Shown here: positions 33,658-43,363 of the stretch, piece after piece
Numbering within the stretch: position 1 is the first letter of the stretch
How the letters are laid out: every line of letters begins with the position of its first letter
From: a virus
Strand: one strand, 5' to 3'
DNA: 44,725 nucleotides
Virus record (IMG/VR): IMGVR_UViG_3300045988_053705
Coordinates: 1-44,725 of that record
The notes under the pieces: generated by a model
The model's database searches: none
Told to the model about the DNA's origin: nothing
Seen by the model: the letters and a program-made list of their open reading frames with translations, nothing else
Position numbers and translations under genes: made by a program

Positions 33658-35436
33658 ATGCCTAGAACCTTAGACATTATGGAGATGCAAGAGCCTGATT
33701 ATCTAGCTACAGCTATTGCAAATAAGTTTGTAGCATGGGAAAGTGCAAGAGACAGATGGTATAACAATGCTAAAGAGACCTTAGAAAACTTGTATGCAAC
33801 TAGCACAAGGGATATCTTTAATCAAGCTAAGGACACTGATAACTGTACACACATTCCTAAGATTACACAGATCCGTGATATGCTTATCACATATTACTTA
33901 GATGCTATGTTCTCTTTGCCTGATTATGTAGACTGGGAAGCTTATAATGAAGAATCTCTTGATATTAATACTAAGGATACCTTAAAGGCTTTGATGGCAC
34001 AGATGTTACACGATAGCCAGTTCCAGCCCACTATCAGAGAACTTGTGGAAGACTATGTAGACTATGGTAATGCTTTCACTACTGTAGCTATGGTTAATGA
34101 AACTCTTAAGCTTGAATCTGGTGTAGCCAATGTATACAATGGTCCTAAAGCAGTTCGATTAGATCCTTTAAACGTATTCTTCGATCCTCTTGCAATTAGC
34201 TTTGAGAAGACTCCTAAGATTATTAGAACCATTAAAACTTTAGGAGAACTTGTAGCAGAAGCTGAAGAGTTGCCCGAGAGTGCTCAAGTATATAAAGAAG
34301 CTTTGAATAGAGCTTTAGAGAAACGTAGCAGAATTAGACAGGCTGTGTCCACTACTAATGCTGAGTCTATTAAGAATGATATCTGTTCTATTGCAGGCTG
34401 TGGTAACTGGTCACAGTACTATGCATCAGATACTGTAGAGCTTCTTACGTTCTATGGAGATCTTTATGTTGTTGAAAAGAATAAACTGTACAAAAACTCT
34501 AAGATTGTAGTAATGGATAGATGTAGTGTTCTTCTTGAAGAACCTATCAAGAACTTTGGATTTAACTGTAACATCTTTAAAGCTGGCTGGAGAGATCGTA
34601 AAGATAATCTCTGGAGTATGTCACCATTAGATAATATTAAAGGTATGCAGTTTATGGTGGACTTCTTAGAGAATAAGAGAGCCGATATCTTTAACTATAT
34701 CAGCAATCCTATGTGGGTTACTAAAGGTGATGTAGAGATGCCTGAGTATCTGTATCCTGGTTGTCATGTAGGTGTTGATGTTGATGGAGACTTTAAAACT
34801 ATCTCTCCTGATGCTACTGCATTGGCTGCTGATACTTATGTCGACAGGTATCAGATGCTTATGGAAGAGATGGCAGGAACACCTAGAGAAGCTATGGGCT
34901 TTAGAACTCCTGGAGAGAAGACAGCTTTTGAGGTATCTCAGCTTAATACAGCTGCTTCCAGATTGTTCAATGAGAAGACACGTAAGTTTGAAATGGAGAT
35001 CTTAGAACCTCTGCTAACTCTTATGATGCGTATGTATCTCTCAGATCCTACTAGAGTTACTCGTGTTAAGATGATGAATGAGGATGGTGTTATCCTGTTT
35101 AAAGAAGTTAATGTACAAGATATGGCTGTCCAAGGGCGCTTTATAGCCACTGGCTCTAATACTTATACAGAACGTGCAAGACAAGCACAGACCATCATGC
35201 AGCTTTATAATAGTGCTATACCTTCTGACCAGCTTGTGTTTAACTACTTTAATCCTAAAGTTATTGCTAAGGTTATTGCACATACTACTGGTCTTGATAA
35301 GTATAAGGATATCATACAGCCTAATGCACGTGTAGATGCTGAATTAGAAATGGCTAAGTATCAAGAGTTTGGCAGACAGCAGATGGAAGAAACACAAGTG
35401 AGAGGTATTACAAATGCGCAACAAGCTATTGTGTAA
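33658..35436 (+). CDS. Portal protein
   Basis: 592-aa ORF directly after the terminase and before the scaffold and capsid genes. Assigned by synteny and size. Confidence 0.6.
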   Translation: MPRTLDIMEMQEPDYLATAIANKFVAWESARDRWYNNAKETLENLYATSTRDIFNQAKDTDNCTHIPKITQIRDMLITYYLDAMFSLPDYVDWEAYNEESLDINTKDTLKALMAQMLHDSQFQPTIRELVEDYVDYGNAFTTVAMVNETLKLESGVANVYNGPKAVRLDPLNVFFDPLAISFEKTPKIIRTIKTLGELVAEAEELPESAQVYKEALNRALEKRSRIRQAVSTTNAESIKNDICSIAGCGNWSQYYASDTVELLTFYGDLYVVEKNKLYKNSKIVVMDRCSVLLEEPIKNFGFNCNIFKAGWRDRKDNLWSMSPLDNIKGMQFMVDFLENKRADIFNYISNPMWVTKGDVEMPEYLYPGCHVGVDVDGDFKTISPDATALAADTYVDRYQMLMEEMAGTPREAMGFRTPGEKTAFEVSQLNTAASRLFNEKTRKFEMEILEPLLTLMMRMYLSDPTRVTRVKMMNEDGVILFKEVNVQDMAVQGRFIATGSNTYTERARQAQTIMQLYNSAIPSDQLVFNYFNPKVIAKVIAHTTGLDKYKDIIQPNARVDAELEMAKYQEFGRQQMEETQVRGITNAQQAIV

Positions 35437-35656
35437 AGTATCTGCAGCTGAGAGAGAGTCTTTTAAAAGACTTATAAAAGATGCTGCACCAGTGCTACAA
35501 TTAATTGATAAGTGCTGTATTGAAGACTTTGATAAAGCTGACAAGATATCTGATGAAGACTTTAAGAATCCTAACTGGGCTATTGAACAAGCTTACAAGT
35601 TAGGTCTTAAAAGAGGCTTGACAAAGTTGCGTGAATATGTTATAATAGAACTGTGA
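35414..35656 (+). CDS. Hypothetical small protein between portal and scaffold
   Basis: ORF track. Confidence 0.35.
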   Translation: MRNKLLCKVSAAERESFKRLIKDAAPVLQLIDKCCIEDFDKADKISDEDFKNPNWAIEQAYKLGLKRGLTKLREYVIIEL

Positions 35657-35676
35657 TAATAGAAGGAGAATTGTTA

Positions 35677-36366
35677 ATGGCTAACGAAGCTACTACTTCA
35701 GAAGCTGTTACAGATAATAACGGGTCTGTAGCAACTACTACTTACGTCGTTGGAGAGCATTCTGTCTATAAATCTGTTGAAGATTTGTTTGAAGGTGCTA
35801 AGCAGAAAGAGCAGTATATTCAAAAACTTTTGAATGACCTTAAAGAAGCCAACTCAAAAGTAGAAGAGCTGTCTCAGAAGAGCAATGTCGTAGAACAATT
35901 AAAACAGATTAGGGAGAATAAAATGGACACGGAGAATACTAACACTCCATTACCAGAGGATGCTATTAAACAGATAGCTCTCAATGCTATGCAAGAAGCT
36001 AATAAAGCCACAGAGGCTGAGAGCAACTTAGCAAATTGTAAACAAGCTGTTGCCAGCTTAAACGCTGATGTAGAACTTGCATTAAAGAATAAAGCTCAGG
36101 AACTTGGATGTTCTGTAGAATATCTCGAAGGTATTGCAAAGACAAGTCCGAAGGCTTTTAAGAGTATGTTTGGAATTAAAGAAGCTGTATCATATGATTC
36201 AGTAAACTTCTTGCAGAGTTCTCGACATGCTTCTACAGAAACTGCAAGCACAGAAGCAGAGGCTTTCTTCAAGAATAAAGAAGCTCATAGCAGTCCTACA
36301 AAGGTTGCTGAGTTTATGAAGAAGGCTTTAGCTAATCCTGAAATGCTTGCTAATATCAAATGGTAA
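35677..36366 (+). CDS. Scaffolding protein. The start is chosen at the ATG after the GGAGAATTG ribosome-binding site; the ORF track begins at 35653.
   Basis: Acidic, Ala/Lys/Glu-rich helical protein between portal and major capsid. Confidence 0.5.
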   Translation: MANEATTSEAVTDNNGSVATTTYVVGEHSVYKSVEDLFEGAKQKEQYIQKLLNDLKEANSKVEELSQKSNVVEQLKQIRENKMDTENTNTPLPEDAIKQIALNAMQEANKATEAESNLANCKQAVASLNADVELALKNKAQELGCSVEYLEGIAKTSPKAFKSMFGIKEAVSYDSVNFLQSSRHASTETASTEAEAFFKNKEAHSSPTKVAEFMKKALANPEMLANIKW

Positions 36367-36383
36367 TTTAATAGGAGATTATA

Positions 36384-37400
36384 ATGGCTGATTTAAATGG
36401 CATTAATACCCAGAACAGTCAGGCAGTGATCCGTGCTATCGTATACTCTGGTATGCTTCGTGAAGCTTTGGAACCTGAACTGATTGCTATGAATTATGTA
36501 GACCAGATCACAGACTTCCCGGATGGAGACAAATGGCAGGATGTTGAAATGGGTTCTGCAACTGTAAGTGACTATGCTGAAGGCGAAGAGATCGATTTCA
36601 AAGGTATTGAATTTGGTGTTCGGGACTTTGAGATTAACGAATATGTTAACAGCGGTCACTATGTAACTGCTAAGTTTGCACAGGATTCTTACCTGGCTTC
36701 TCAGATTATGGCTAAAGTACCTGCTTTGGAAGCTCGTGCTATTGCTGCTGATCTGGAACAGAAGATCCTGAAACTGGCTAACAAACAGACTATCAATGAT
36801 TCCAACACTATCAATGGCATGCAGCATCGTTTCGTAGCTGGTACTGTTGATGATGGTTGGGGCGTATTGACTCCTGAAGACTTTGCATATGCTACTGTAG
36901 CCTTGAAGAAAGTAAACTACATTGGTCCGAAGATTGCTATCATTCCGTCTTATCAGGAATATGCACTAGTAACCAACCCGCGTATCAAAGCTTCCTTGAA
37001 CTACAACCCGTCTTTCGAAGGCATTGTTCGTGATGGTGCTATGTCTGGTATGCGCTTCTCATTCAACATTTATGGATGGGATGTATACACCTCTGAGTTC
37101 TTGCCGACCAGTTCTGGTGAAGTAGCTCTGAAGGATCGTGAAGGTAAACAGGAATTTACTGCATTGAACAATGCTGGTGAAGCTATCTTGTTTGCTAACA
37201 TTCCTGAGCGTAGACCGTTCCGCATGGCTTGGAGACAGATGCCGAAGTTTGAAGGTCAGTGGAATATGGCTAAACAGCGTGAAGAGTATGTAACAATTGC
37301 TCGTTACGGTCTTGGCCTGGGTGATGTTGAAAACCTGGTTGTTATCCTTTGTAAGGATGTTGATTCCACTATCACTGCTAAAGCAGCTGCTGGTGCATAA
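36384..37400 (+). CDS. Major capsid protein
   Basis: It lies after the scaffold gene. It shows a striking shift to CTG/CGT/CCG/GGT/ATC codons, a sign of selection for high translation, which is typical of the most abundant virion protein. A strong terminator follows the next gene. Confidence 0.6.
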   Translation: MADLNGINTQNSQAVIRAIVYSGMLREALEPELIAMNYVDQITDFPDGDKWQDVEMGSATVSDYAEGEEIDFKGIEFGVRDFEINEYVNSGHYVTAKFAQDSYLASQIMAKVPALEARAIAADLEQKILKLANKQTINDSNTINGMQHRFVAGTVDDGWGVLTPEDFAYATVALKKVNYIGPKIAIIPSYQEYALVTNPRIKASLNYNPSFEGIVRDGAMSGMRFSFNIYGWDVYTSEFLPTSSGEVALKDREGKQEFTALNNAGEAILFANIPERRPFRMAWRQMPKFEGQWNMAKQREEYVTIARYGLGLGDVENLVVILCKDVDSTITAKAAAGA

Positions 37401-37411
37401 GGAGAAAATGA

Positions 37412-37855
37412 ATGAGTGAATATGTTGGATCTTTTGGTGTAACTCGGTATGTAGGTGCTGGTGAAGGTCGTGATGCTAAATACGATTCTTCTGCTAAACC
37501 TGCCGAAGGTATGTGCAACTTTATTGAAGTTGTTGTAGATGAGAATGGTCCTGTTGCCAACGTTGGTACGGGCTTTGGTAATGGACAGGCCTACATCCCT
37601 GCAGGTGCTGTTGTTACTGCTGCTTATCTGTTGACGGAAGTTAAAGGTAGCGCTGCAAACGTTACGTTGTCTTTGGTTAAAAAAGATGGCGCGGATTCTA
37701 AAGCTTTGTTAGATGCGGCTACTCCGACTGGTGATAACTCTGTCAATACTGCTGCTGGTGCTGTTATCGGTACTCGTATGGCTGAAGACAGATATGTTGT
37801 CTCTGGTGGTACGAAGACTGGCTTGAAAGCTAAAGCGGTAATCGAGTTCATCTAA
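37412..37855 (+). CDS. Capsid-associated protein (decoration or minor head protein?) sharing the high-expression codon bias
   Basis: Same codon bias as the capsid gene. Gly/Ala/Val-rich. Immediately followed by a terminator. Confidence 0.4.
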   Translation: MSEYVGSFGVTRYVGAGEGRDAKYDSSAKPAEGMCNFIEVVVDENGPVANVGTGFGNGQAYIPAGAVVTAAYLLTEVKGSAANVTLSLVKKDGADSKALLDAATPTGDNSVNTAAGAVIGTRMAEDRYVVSGGTKTGLKAKAVIEFI

Positions 37856-37862
37856 CAGTATT

Positions 37863-37894
37863 GGGGTGGCTTAGGCTGCCCCTTTACCTATTTC
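37863..37894 (+). terminator. Rho-independent terminator after the capsid gene pair
   Basis: GGGGTGGC-TTAG-GCTGCCCC hairpin followed by TTTACCTATTTC. Confidence 0.55.
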
Positions 37895-37909
37895 TAAGAA
37901 AGGTTTAAA

Positions 37910-38368
37910 ATGGCAACAGGTGATATTGAGCATCGAGAACTTCCTGATGAATTACTGCATGAGCCTAAAGGAGCATCAACAGCTTCTGCAGGCACTTCTT
38001 ATATTGCAGATGGGGAAGGCTCAGGTGAATTTAAAAAGATTCCTGTAAGTTCTTTAGACATTACAGTTTCTGCTGTAGATGATGAAGCTACTGGAGATAT
38101 TACTAACATAATTGCAATTAATGGAGATACTCTTGCACAGGTTGCTACAGGTGCTCTTGTGGATCTTTTATCTTATCAGGAAATCCCACAAGAAATGACT
38201 GTGACTATTAATAAGAACACAGTAGAAATTTATAGACTTTATTTAAATCTTGTTAGTATTGTTAATAGTACTAAAGAAAAAGTAAGCAAGATTGATCAAA
38301 AACTCTCTTCAGTTATAACAGCTTTAAAAGGTATTGGATTATTAAAAGATGGTGAAAGTAGCAATTAA
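37910..38368 (+). CDS. Hypothetical structural protein (152 aa)
   Basis: ORF track. It lies between the capsid and fibre genes. Confidence 0.4.
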   Translation: MATGDIEHRELPDELLHEPKGASTASAGTSYIADGEGSGEFKKIPVSSLDITVSAVDDEATGDITNIIAINGDTLAQVATGALVDLLSYQEIPQEMTVTINKNTVEIYRLYLNLVSIVNSTKEKVSKIDQKLSSVITALKGIGLLKDGESSN

Positions 38369-40196
38369 AAGGCTGGATAGTGTTACGCATAATGACACAG
38401 CAGCCACAGCATTAATTAATGAAAACTTCAATAGCCTTCAAAAAGCTATTGAGAATACTTTATCACGTGATGGCACTACTCCTAACTTTATGGATGCAGA
38501 GCTGGATATGAACAGCAGACGTATTATCAATGGTGCAGAAGCTGTTGAAGATAATGATTATGTAACATACGGACAGATTAAAGACAATATTGCAGGTGCT
38601 GCTCTAGCTGCTGCAGAAGCCAATGCAAGTGCTTCACGAGCTGAAGTATCCGCACAAGCTGCTTCTATTTCTGCACAGACTGCATTAGCTGCTTCAAATG
38701 CTGCTAAAGAAGTTAAAGAATATGTAAATAGTGTAGTGCAGGATGAAAGCTTTATAGCTGTATCAGAAGATCTGCAGAAGGGTGAAGATAGCGAGATTGT
38801 AAAACTCAACAGCAATATGGAAGATGTAAAAGCTGTTGCAGGAGATCTTGATAATGTAAGTGTAGTTGCTTCTAACATTGCTGATGTAAATACTGTTGCA
38901 ACTAATATAGCTGATGTAACTGCTGTAGCTGATAATAAAGCTAATGTAGATACTGTTGCGGCTTCTATTGCAGCTGTAGCAGGTGTTGCAGCTATCTCTG
39001 CAGCTGTTGTAGCTGTTGATGCTAATAAAGAAAACATTAATGCTGTAAAAGCTAATGAAGCTAATATTAATACTGTAGCAGGTGCTGCAGGTAATGTTAA
39101 TATTGTTGCTGGTATTTCTGCTGATGTAACTGCTGTAGCTGGCAATGAGACTGACATTAAATCTGTAGCAGCTAATATAAGCAACATCAATACTGCTGCT
39201 AGTTCTGCTGAAGATATAAATAAAGTAGCAGAAGGGATTGAACAAGTAAAAGAAGTTGCTACTGATATTATGGATGTTATTACAGTAGCTGGCATAAGTG
39301 AGCAAGTACAGAATGTGTCTATGAATATGGATGCAGTTACTACAGCAAATTCTATTAAAGATAGCATTGTAACTGTTGCAAATAATGCAGATGCTGTTCA
39401 AGTTGCTGCTGACAATATTGAGGATATTAAAGAAGCTGCTAATGCTAAGATATGGGCAGAGGGTACTGATCCAGAAGTTGAAGGTATTGGAGGTACTCAC
39501 TCAGCTAAAGGATGGGCTGAATTAGCTCAGCAAGTAGTTGGTATACAGCCTGCAACTGAAGACACATTAGGTATTGTAAAGCTTGCAACAGAAGCAGAAG
39601 CTATTGAAGGCTTTGATGATAGCACTGCAATGACTCCTCTAAAGACTGCTAAAGTTGTATACGATAATGTTGGAAAAGGTATTCAATTAGGTTTCATAGG
39701 TACTCTTGAAGGAGATACTTTAACATTTGAAACAACTGATCCAAATCCTTATACAATTAGACACAACTACTGCTATGAATTGGATCTGTCTTTTCAGGCC
39801 GTAGGAAGTCTTGATGATAGTATTAAGATTGTAATTAAGAATGGTGAAGACTACATCAATATTGTTAACGTACTGCATGATGATTTAACACAGCCTATTA
39901 CTGTAGGAGAGCTTAAGCAAGTTATGAAGTACACTACAGATATTGGTTGGAGATGGATCTTCGAGACTCGTTTTGCTATTACTGCAGAAAGTCACAAGGT
40001 CTTCATAATGCCTTCTACTGTAGTTGATGTCAATGCTCTTCCAGATCAAACAGGACAGTCTGGTAAATACTTAACTACTGATGGCTCAACAGCTAGCTGG
40101 GGTGTGTTAGATGTAGTTCCTCATATAGTTGTTGATGCTTTGCCAGAAACACCTGATGAAAACGCATTTTACTATATTCCAGAGGCTTCAGAATGA
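38349..40196 (+). CDS. Fibrous protein with about 25 hendecad (11-residue) repeats (tail fibre or head fibre)
   Basis: Repeats of the type ASNIADVNTVA / TNIADVTAVAD / GISADVTAVAG between roughly residues 150 and 380. C-terminal globular part. Confidence 0.55.
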   Translation: MVKVAIKRLDSVTHNDTAATALINENFNSLQKAIENTLSRDGTTPNFMDAELDMNSRRIINGAEAVEDNDYVTYGQIKDNIAGAALAAAEANASASRAEVSAQAASISAQTALAASNAAKEVKEYVNSVVQDESFIAVSEDLQKGEDSEIVKLNSNMEDVKAVAGDLDNVSVVASNIADVNTVATNIADVTAVADNKANVDTVAASIAAVAGVAAISAAVVAVDANKENINAVKANEANINTVAGAAGNVNIVAGISADVTAVAGNETDIKSVAANISNINTAASSAEDINKVAEGIEQVKEVATDIMDVITVAGISEQVQNVSMNMDAVTTANSIKDSIVTVANNADAVQVAADNIEDIKEAANAKIWAEGTDPEVEGIGGTHSAKGWAELAQQVVGIQPATEDTLGIVKLATEAEAIEGFDDSTAMTPLKTAKVVYDNVGKGIQLGFIGTLEGDTLTFETTDPNPYTIRHNYCYELDLSFQAVGSLDDSIKIVIKNGEDYINIVNVLHDDLTQPITVGELKQVMKYTTDIGWRWIFETRFAITAESHKVFIMPSTVVDVNALPDQTGQSGKYLTTDGSTASWGVLDVVPHIVVDALPETPDENAFYYIPEASE

Positions 40197-42304
40197 CGGT
40201 ATACAATGGCACTAGAAAAGGATTGAATGTAACTGTAGTAGGTAATCCAACTATAAACGGCACTGTTGTAAGTGGCTTTAGTAAGACTAACTATGTTAGA
40301 ACACCCGAGCCTCTTCCAACTATTAATTATCTTAATAGGTTTGCTGTGCAGTTATCTGTAGTTTTCACTAATCCATCAACTATTACTGAAATTATTTCTG
40401 GTGATGAAACAACATTCTTATTAAGAGCTAATAAGAATAAACTATGTTTGTTTGCATCTTCCAATGGTACATCTTGGGATATAGCTGATCAAGTGTATGG
40501 TACTTACACATTACAGGCAGGTGTAAAGTACTTTATAACTGTGCAACTTGAGAATGGAGTAGTATCAGTATTGATAAGAGCAGAAGGAGAACCTGCTTCT
40601 ACAAGAGATATAAGCATTACTTTTACTACTAAAAAGCCTGATCTGTCTGGTAAATATATTTACTTTGGATGGTTTAATCGTACATACTTTCCAGGACTTA
40701 CTGTAGACTTAAAAGATTGTTATTATCAAATTAGATACACTACTAAATGGAGAGCCTATGATGATATGCCTAGAAAGATAGAAGACATATATTATTCAGG
40801 TCCTAAGAAGTATTGGAAAGAGGCTACTACATCAACTGAAGTTGAAAAGGAAGTTCTTGGATATGCTTGCTATCGTCAAGATAAATATGTGACACCTAAT
40901 ATATATTATGTAAAACCTCCTCTTGGAGAAGATACAGTAATATATGCTTATGGTTATGGCTTTGAATATGCGCCAGATTATGATAGTGTTACTCCCTTGA
41001 TCGCTCAGGGTGAAACAGAACCAGCTCATTTTATAAGTGTTACAGAAGATACATTAAATATAACTGGTATAAGTGCCGAAAGTGTAGATAGTCTTGTCAG
41101 ACAAAAAGATCATGATATATATCATATGGCTACAGTAACAGAAACAACCACAGAAATAGTAGAAGGTACTAAAGAGGGTCATACATATTCTGAACCAGAC
41201 GTTAAACAGATACTAAGTATTCATAAGCCTACTGGCAATACCGAACCTAATGCAACCGTTGTTGGAAATCCTACTATAACTGATAATGTTGTTAGTGGGA
41301 TCAGTTTAGGAAACTTTTTAACTATGCCAGAAGTCTTTAATCCTAGTGACAATAGTTGGGAGATAGTTATAAGAGCTAAAACAGCTGCAACAAGAAGTCA
41401 CAGAGATTGGTTGATTGGATCTGGAAATACTGCTGGGCAAGACTATGGATATATAACAATGGGTTTAGAAAATAATGGAAAGCCCTTATTATATCTATCC
41501 TCAAATGGTTCTTCTTGGAATATTGCTTCAGCTGTTGCAGGCTCTACCATTTTAGATACAGACACATATTACTTATTTAGATTAAGGTTTATTAGGGTAG
41601 AAATAACCGGAGCCGTTTATATTTATGATATATCATCAGATAATGGGCAGAGCTGGACAGAAGAAATTAGAATAGATAGTACATATTCTGTATTTGTTCC
41701 TACTATTCCTTATGCAATAGGTATAAGCTATTATTCAAGATCTCCCAATCAGTTTTGGGCAGGCTCAATAGATTTTTCACAATCTTACATAAAAATCAAT
41801 GGAAAGTATTGGTGGAAAGGTACAAAGCCTGAGTATGCTCTACTTTATAACAAGAATATAAGTCTTTTAAAAGCAGAAGATTTTAACAGTATTAAGGAGA
41901 GCTCTAGTGGTGTCGCAATATGGGGGGGTGATGCAATCTCTACCGGATCACAAGGTGGTGGTATACGAAACCTTAATCAGCAAGATAGTATTACTTTTAA
42001 CAAATCATTGCCAGCTGGTAAATACACAGTCACATTCAATTACTATTCACAAGTAAACTTTAGAATGCATCTTGTACAATTCACAGCAACATATGAAGAC
42101 GGTACTACTGAAGTTGTATATTCAAATACTTCATTAGGTGATACTGCTTATGGAGGCGGTGAAAAGGCTGATGTTACAACTACGATGACCTTTAATAAAC
42201 GTATAAAAGGTATAACAACTCTTGCACAAGGATCTGGTAATGGCAATGGCTGCTATGGAGGTTTTGGTAAGGTTAGAATGAGTCTCTCAGGAGCACAACA
42301 ATAA
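40193..42304 (+). CDS. Tail fibre/receptor-binding protein with two tandem homologous lectin-like (LamG/ConA-like) modules
   Basis: Internal duplication: residues about 13..190 and about 350..530 both contain VVGNPTI..VVSG and SSNG(T/S)SW(D/N)IA blocks. ATGA overlap with the upstream fibre gene. Confidence 0.55.
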   Translation: MTVYNGTRKGLNVTVVGNPTINGTVVSGFSKTNYVRTPEPLPTINYLNRFAVQLSVVFTNPSTITEIISGDETTFLLRANKNKLCLFASSNGTSWDIADQVYGTYTLQAGVKYFITVQLENGVVSVLIRAEGEPASTRDISITFTTKKPDLSGKYIYFGWFNRTYFPGLTVDLKDCYYQIRYTTKWRAYDDMPRKIEDIYYSGPKKYWKEATTSTEVEKEVLGYACYRQDKYVTPNIYYVKPPLGEDTVIYAYGYGFEYAPDYDSVTPLIAQGETEPAHFISVTEDTLNITGISAESVDSLVRQKDHDIYHMATVTETTTEIVEGTKEGHTYSEPDVKQILSIHKPTGNTEPNATVVGNPTITDNVVSGISLGNFLTMPEVFNPSDNSWEIVIRAKTAATRSHRDWLIGSGNTAGQDYGYITMGLENNGKPLLYLSSNGSSWNIASAVAGSTILDTDTYYLFRLRFIRVEITGAVYIYDISSDNGQSWTEEIRIDSTYSVFVPTIPYAIGISYYSRSPNQFWAGSIDFSQSYIKINGKYWWKGTKPEYALLYNKNISLLKAEDFNSIKESSSGVAIWGGDAISTGSQGGGIRNLNQQDSITFNKSLPAGKYTVTFNYYSQVNFRMHLVQFTATYEDGTTEVVYSNTSLGDTAYGGGEKADVTTTMTFNKRIKGITTLAQGSGNGNGCYGGFGKVRMSLSGAQQ

Positions 42305-42315
42305 GGAGATAATAT

Positions 42316-42675
42316 ATGCAGATAGGAGATATTTTTACACAAGAGGATTTTCTAAGACATAGTATATGGGCAACAGCTCATAAGGCTATGATCAAAGACT
42401 TAAAAGATGGCAAGTATCAGCTGGTGTCTACTTCTGAAACAAGAGATCCAACTGATGAAGAAACTAAGAAAGCTAGACAAAGCTTATACGCTTTTTGTGT
42501 AGATAATTTAACAGCACATATTCAAAGATTGCGTGATGAAGAACAGACAGCAGAAGTGTTAGAAGAAATTTCTAAATTAAAACTAGAACGTGAAGAGCAG
42601 GTTAATAGCATTAAAAAAGATTTTCCATATTCTTCTGCATCCTCTGATGACTTTTATACTTTGAAAGGTTTATAA
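42316..42675 (+). CDS. Hypothetical protein (119 aa)
   Basis: ORF track. GGAGATAATATATG ribosome-binding site. Confidence 0.45.
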   Translation: MQIGDIFTQEDFLRHSIWATAHKAMIKDLKDGKYQLVSTSETRDPTDEETKKARQSLYAFCVDNLTAHIQRLRDEEQTAEVLEEISKLKLEREEQVNSIKKDFPYSSASSDDFYTLKGL

Positions 42676-42732
42676 TATACCTAGAGAAACAAGAGTAGAG
42701 CTCAGTAAAGCTATGGAGATAGCTAATAAAAT

Positions 42733-42889
42733 GGTGAAGCCATGGCAATGGACTACTATAATTCTTTCAGGAGTTATTGCGGTTCTATCTGTAATTATTA
42801 TATTAACTGATGCAGACGTAGACAGTTCTGTAGAAGCTAGTAAATTAACTGCAGAAAGTCTTGTAAGTCCTACTGTAGTTTCTAAATAG
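42733..42889 (+). CDS. Small single-pass membrane protein, not in the ORF track. Holin-like?
   Basis: WQWTTIILSGVIAVLSVIIILT transmembrane segment. Weak ribosome-binding site. Confidence 0.25.
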
Positions 42890-42906
42890 TATAAGGAGAT
42901 ACTTAA

Positions 42907-42999
42907 ATGGCTAAAATTAAACTAAGAACTCGTGTAAGAGCTAGAGGGTTAGCTGCTAGAAGACTTAAGATAAGAAATAAGATTATTCTTAAAGGTTAA
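42907..42999 (+). CDS. 30-aa highly basic Arg/Lys-rich peptide, not in the ORF track
   Basis: AAGGAG ribosome-binding site 7 nt upstream of the ATG. Sequence MAKIKLRTRVRARGLAARRLKIRNKIILKG. Confidence 0.35.
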   Translation: MAKIKLRTRVRARGLAARRLKIRNKIILKG

Positions 43000-43007
43000 T
43001 ACAAATT

Positions 43008-43265
43008 ATGTTTAAGACAGATAGAACATTCATTAAAGGATTATTAACAGAGTCTAGTAAAGAAACTGTAAGTTCTCTTATTAAGTACTTCGATCTGACT
43101 ATATTATTAGAAAGAACTTTAACAGAACTTTATGTTGAAGGTTTATACATTAAAGAGATTGCTTATAAGTATAACGTTGATGAAAGAACTATTAAAAGAT
43201 ATCACACTAAAGCTTTAGATCTAGCAGAAGCAAATGTTAAAGCTAGAATTAAGATGTCACTTTAG
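43008..43265 (+). CDS. Hypothetical protein (85 aa)
   Basis: ORF track. Confidence 0.4.
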   Translation: MFKTDRTFIKGLLTESSKETVSSLIKYFDLTILLERTLTELYVEGLYIKEIAYKYNVDERTIKRYHTKALDLAEANVKARIKMSL

Positions 43266-43363
43266 TGTCCTTTCTAAGGCATTATAGAAGCTATATCAAA
43301 TATGTTATAATACTGGTGTAAGGATGGCATAGGGCTGTCCTAATCAACTAGGAGAATATAACT

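Noticed and set aside
38558-39500. Two long minus-strand ORFs (269 and 245 aa) inside the fibre gene
   Set aside because: They are low-complexity translations (Ala/Thr/Ser-rich and Ile/Ser/Asn-rich) of the antisense strand of the tandem hendecad repeat. They are artefacts of repeat periodicity, fully contained in a well-supported plus-strand gene.
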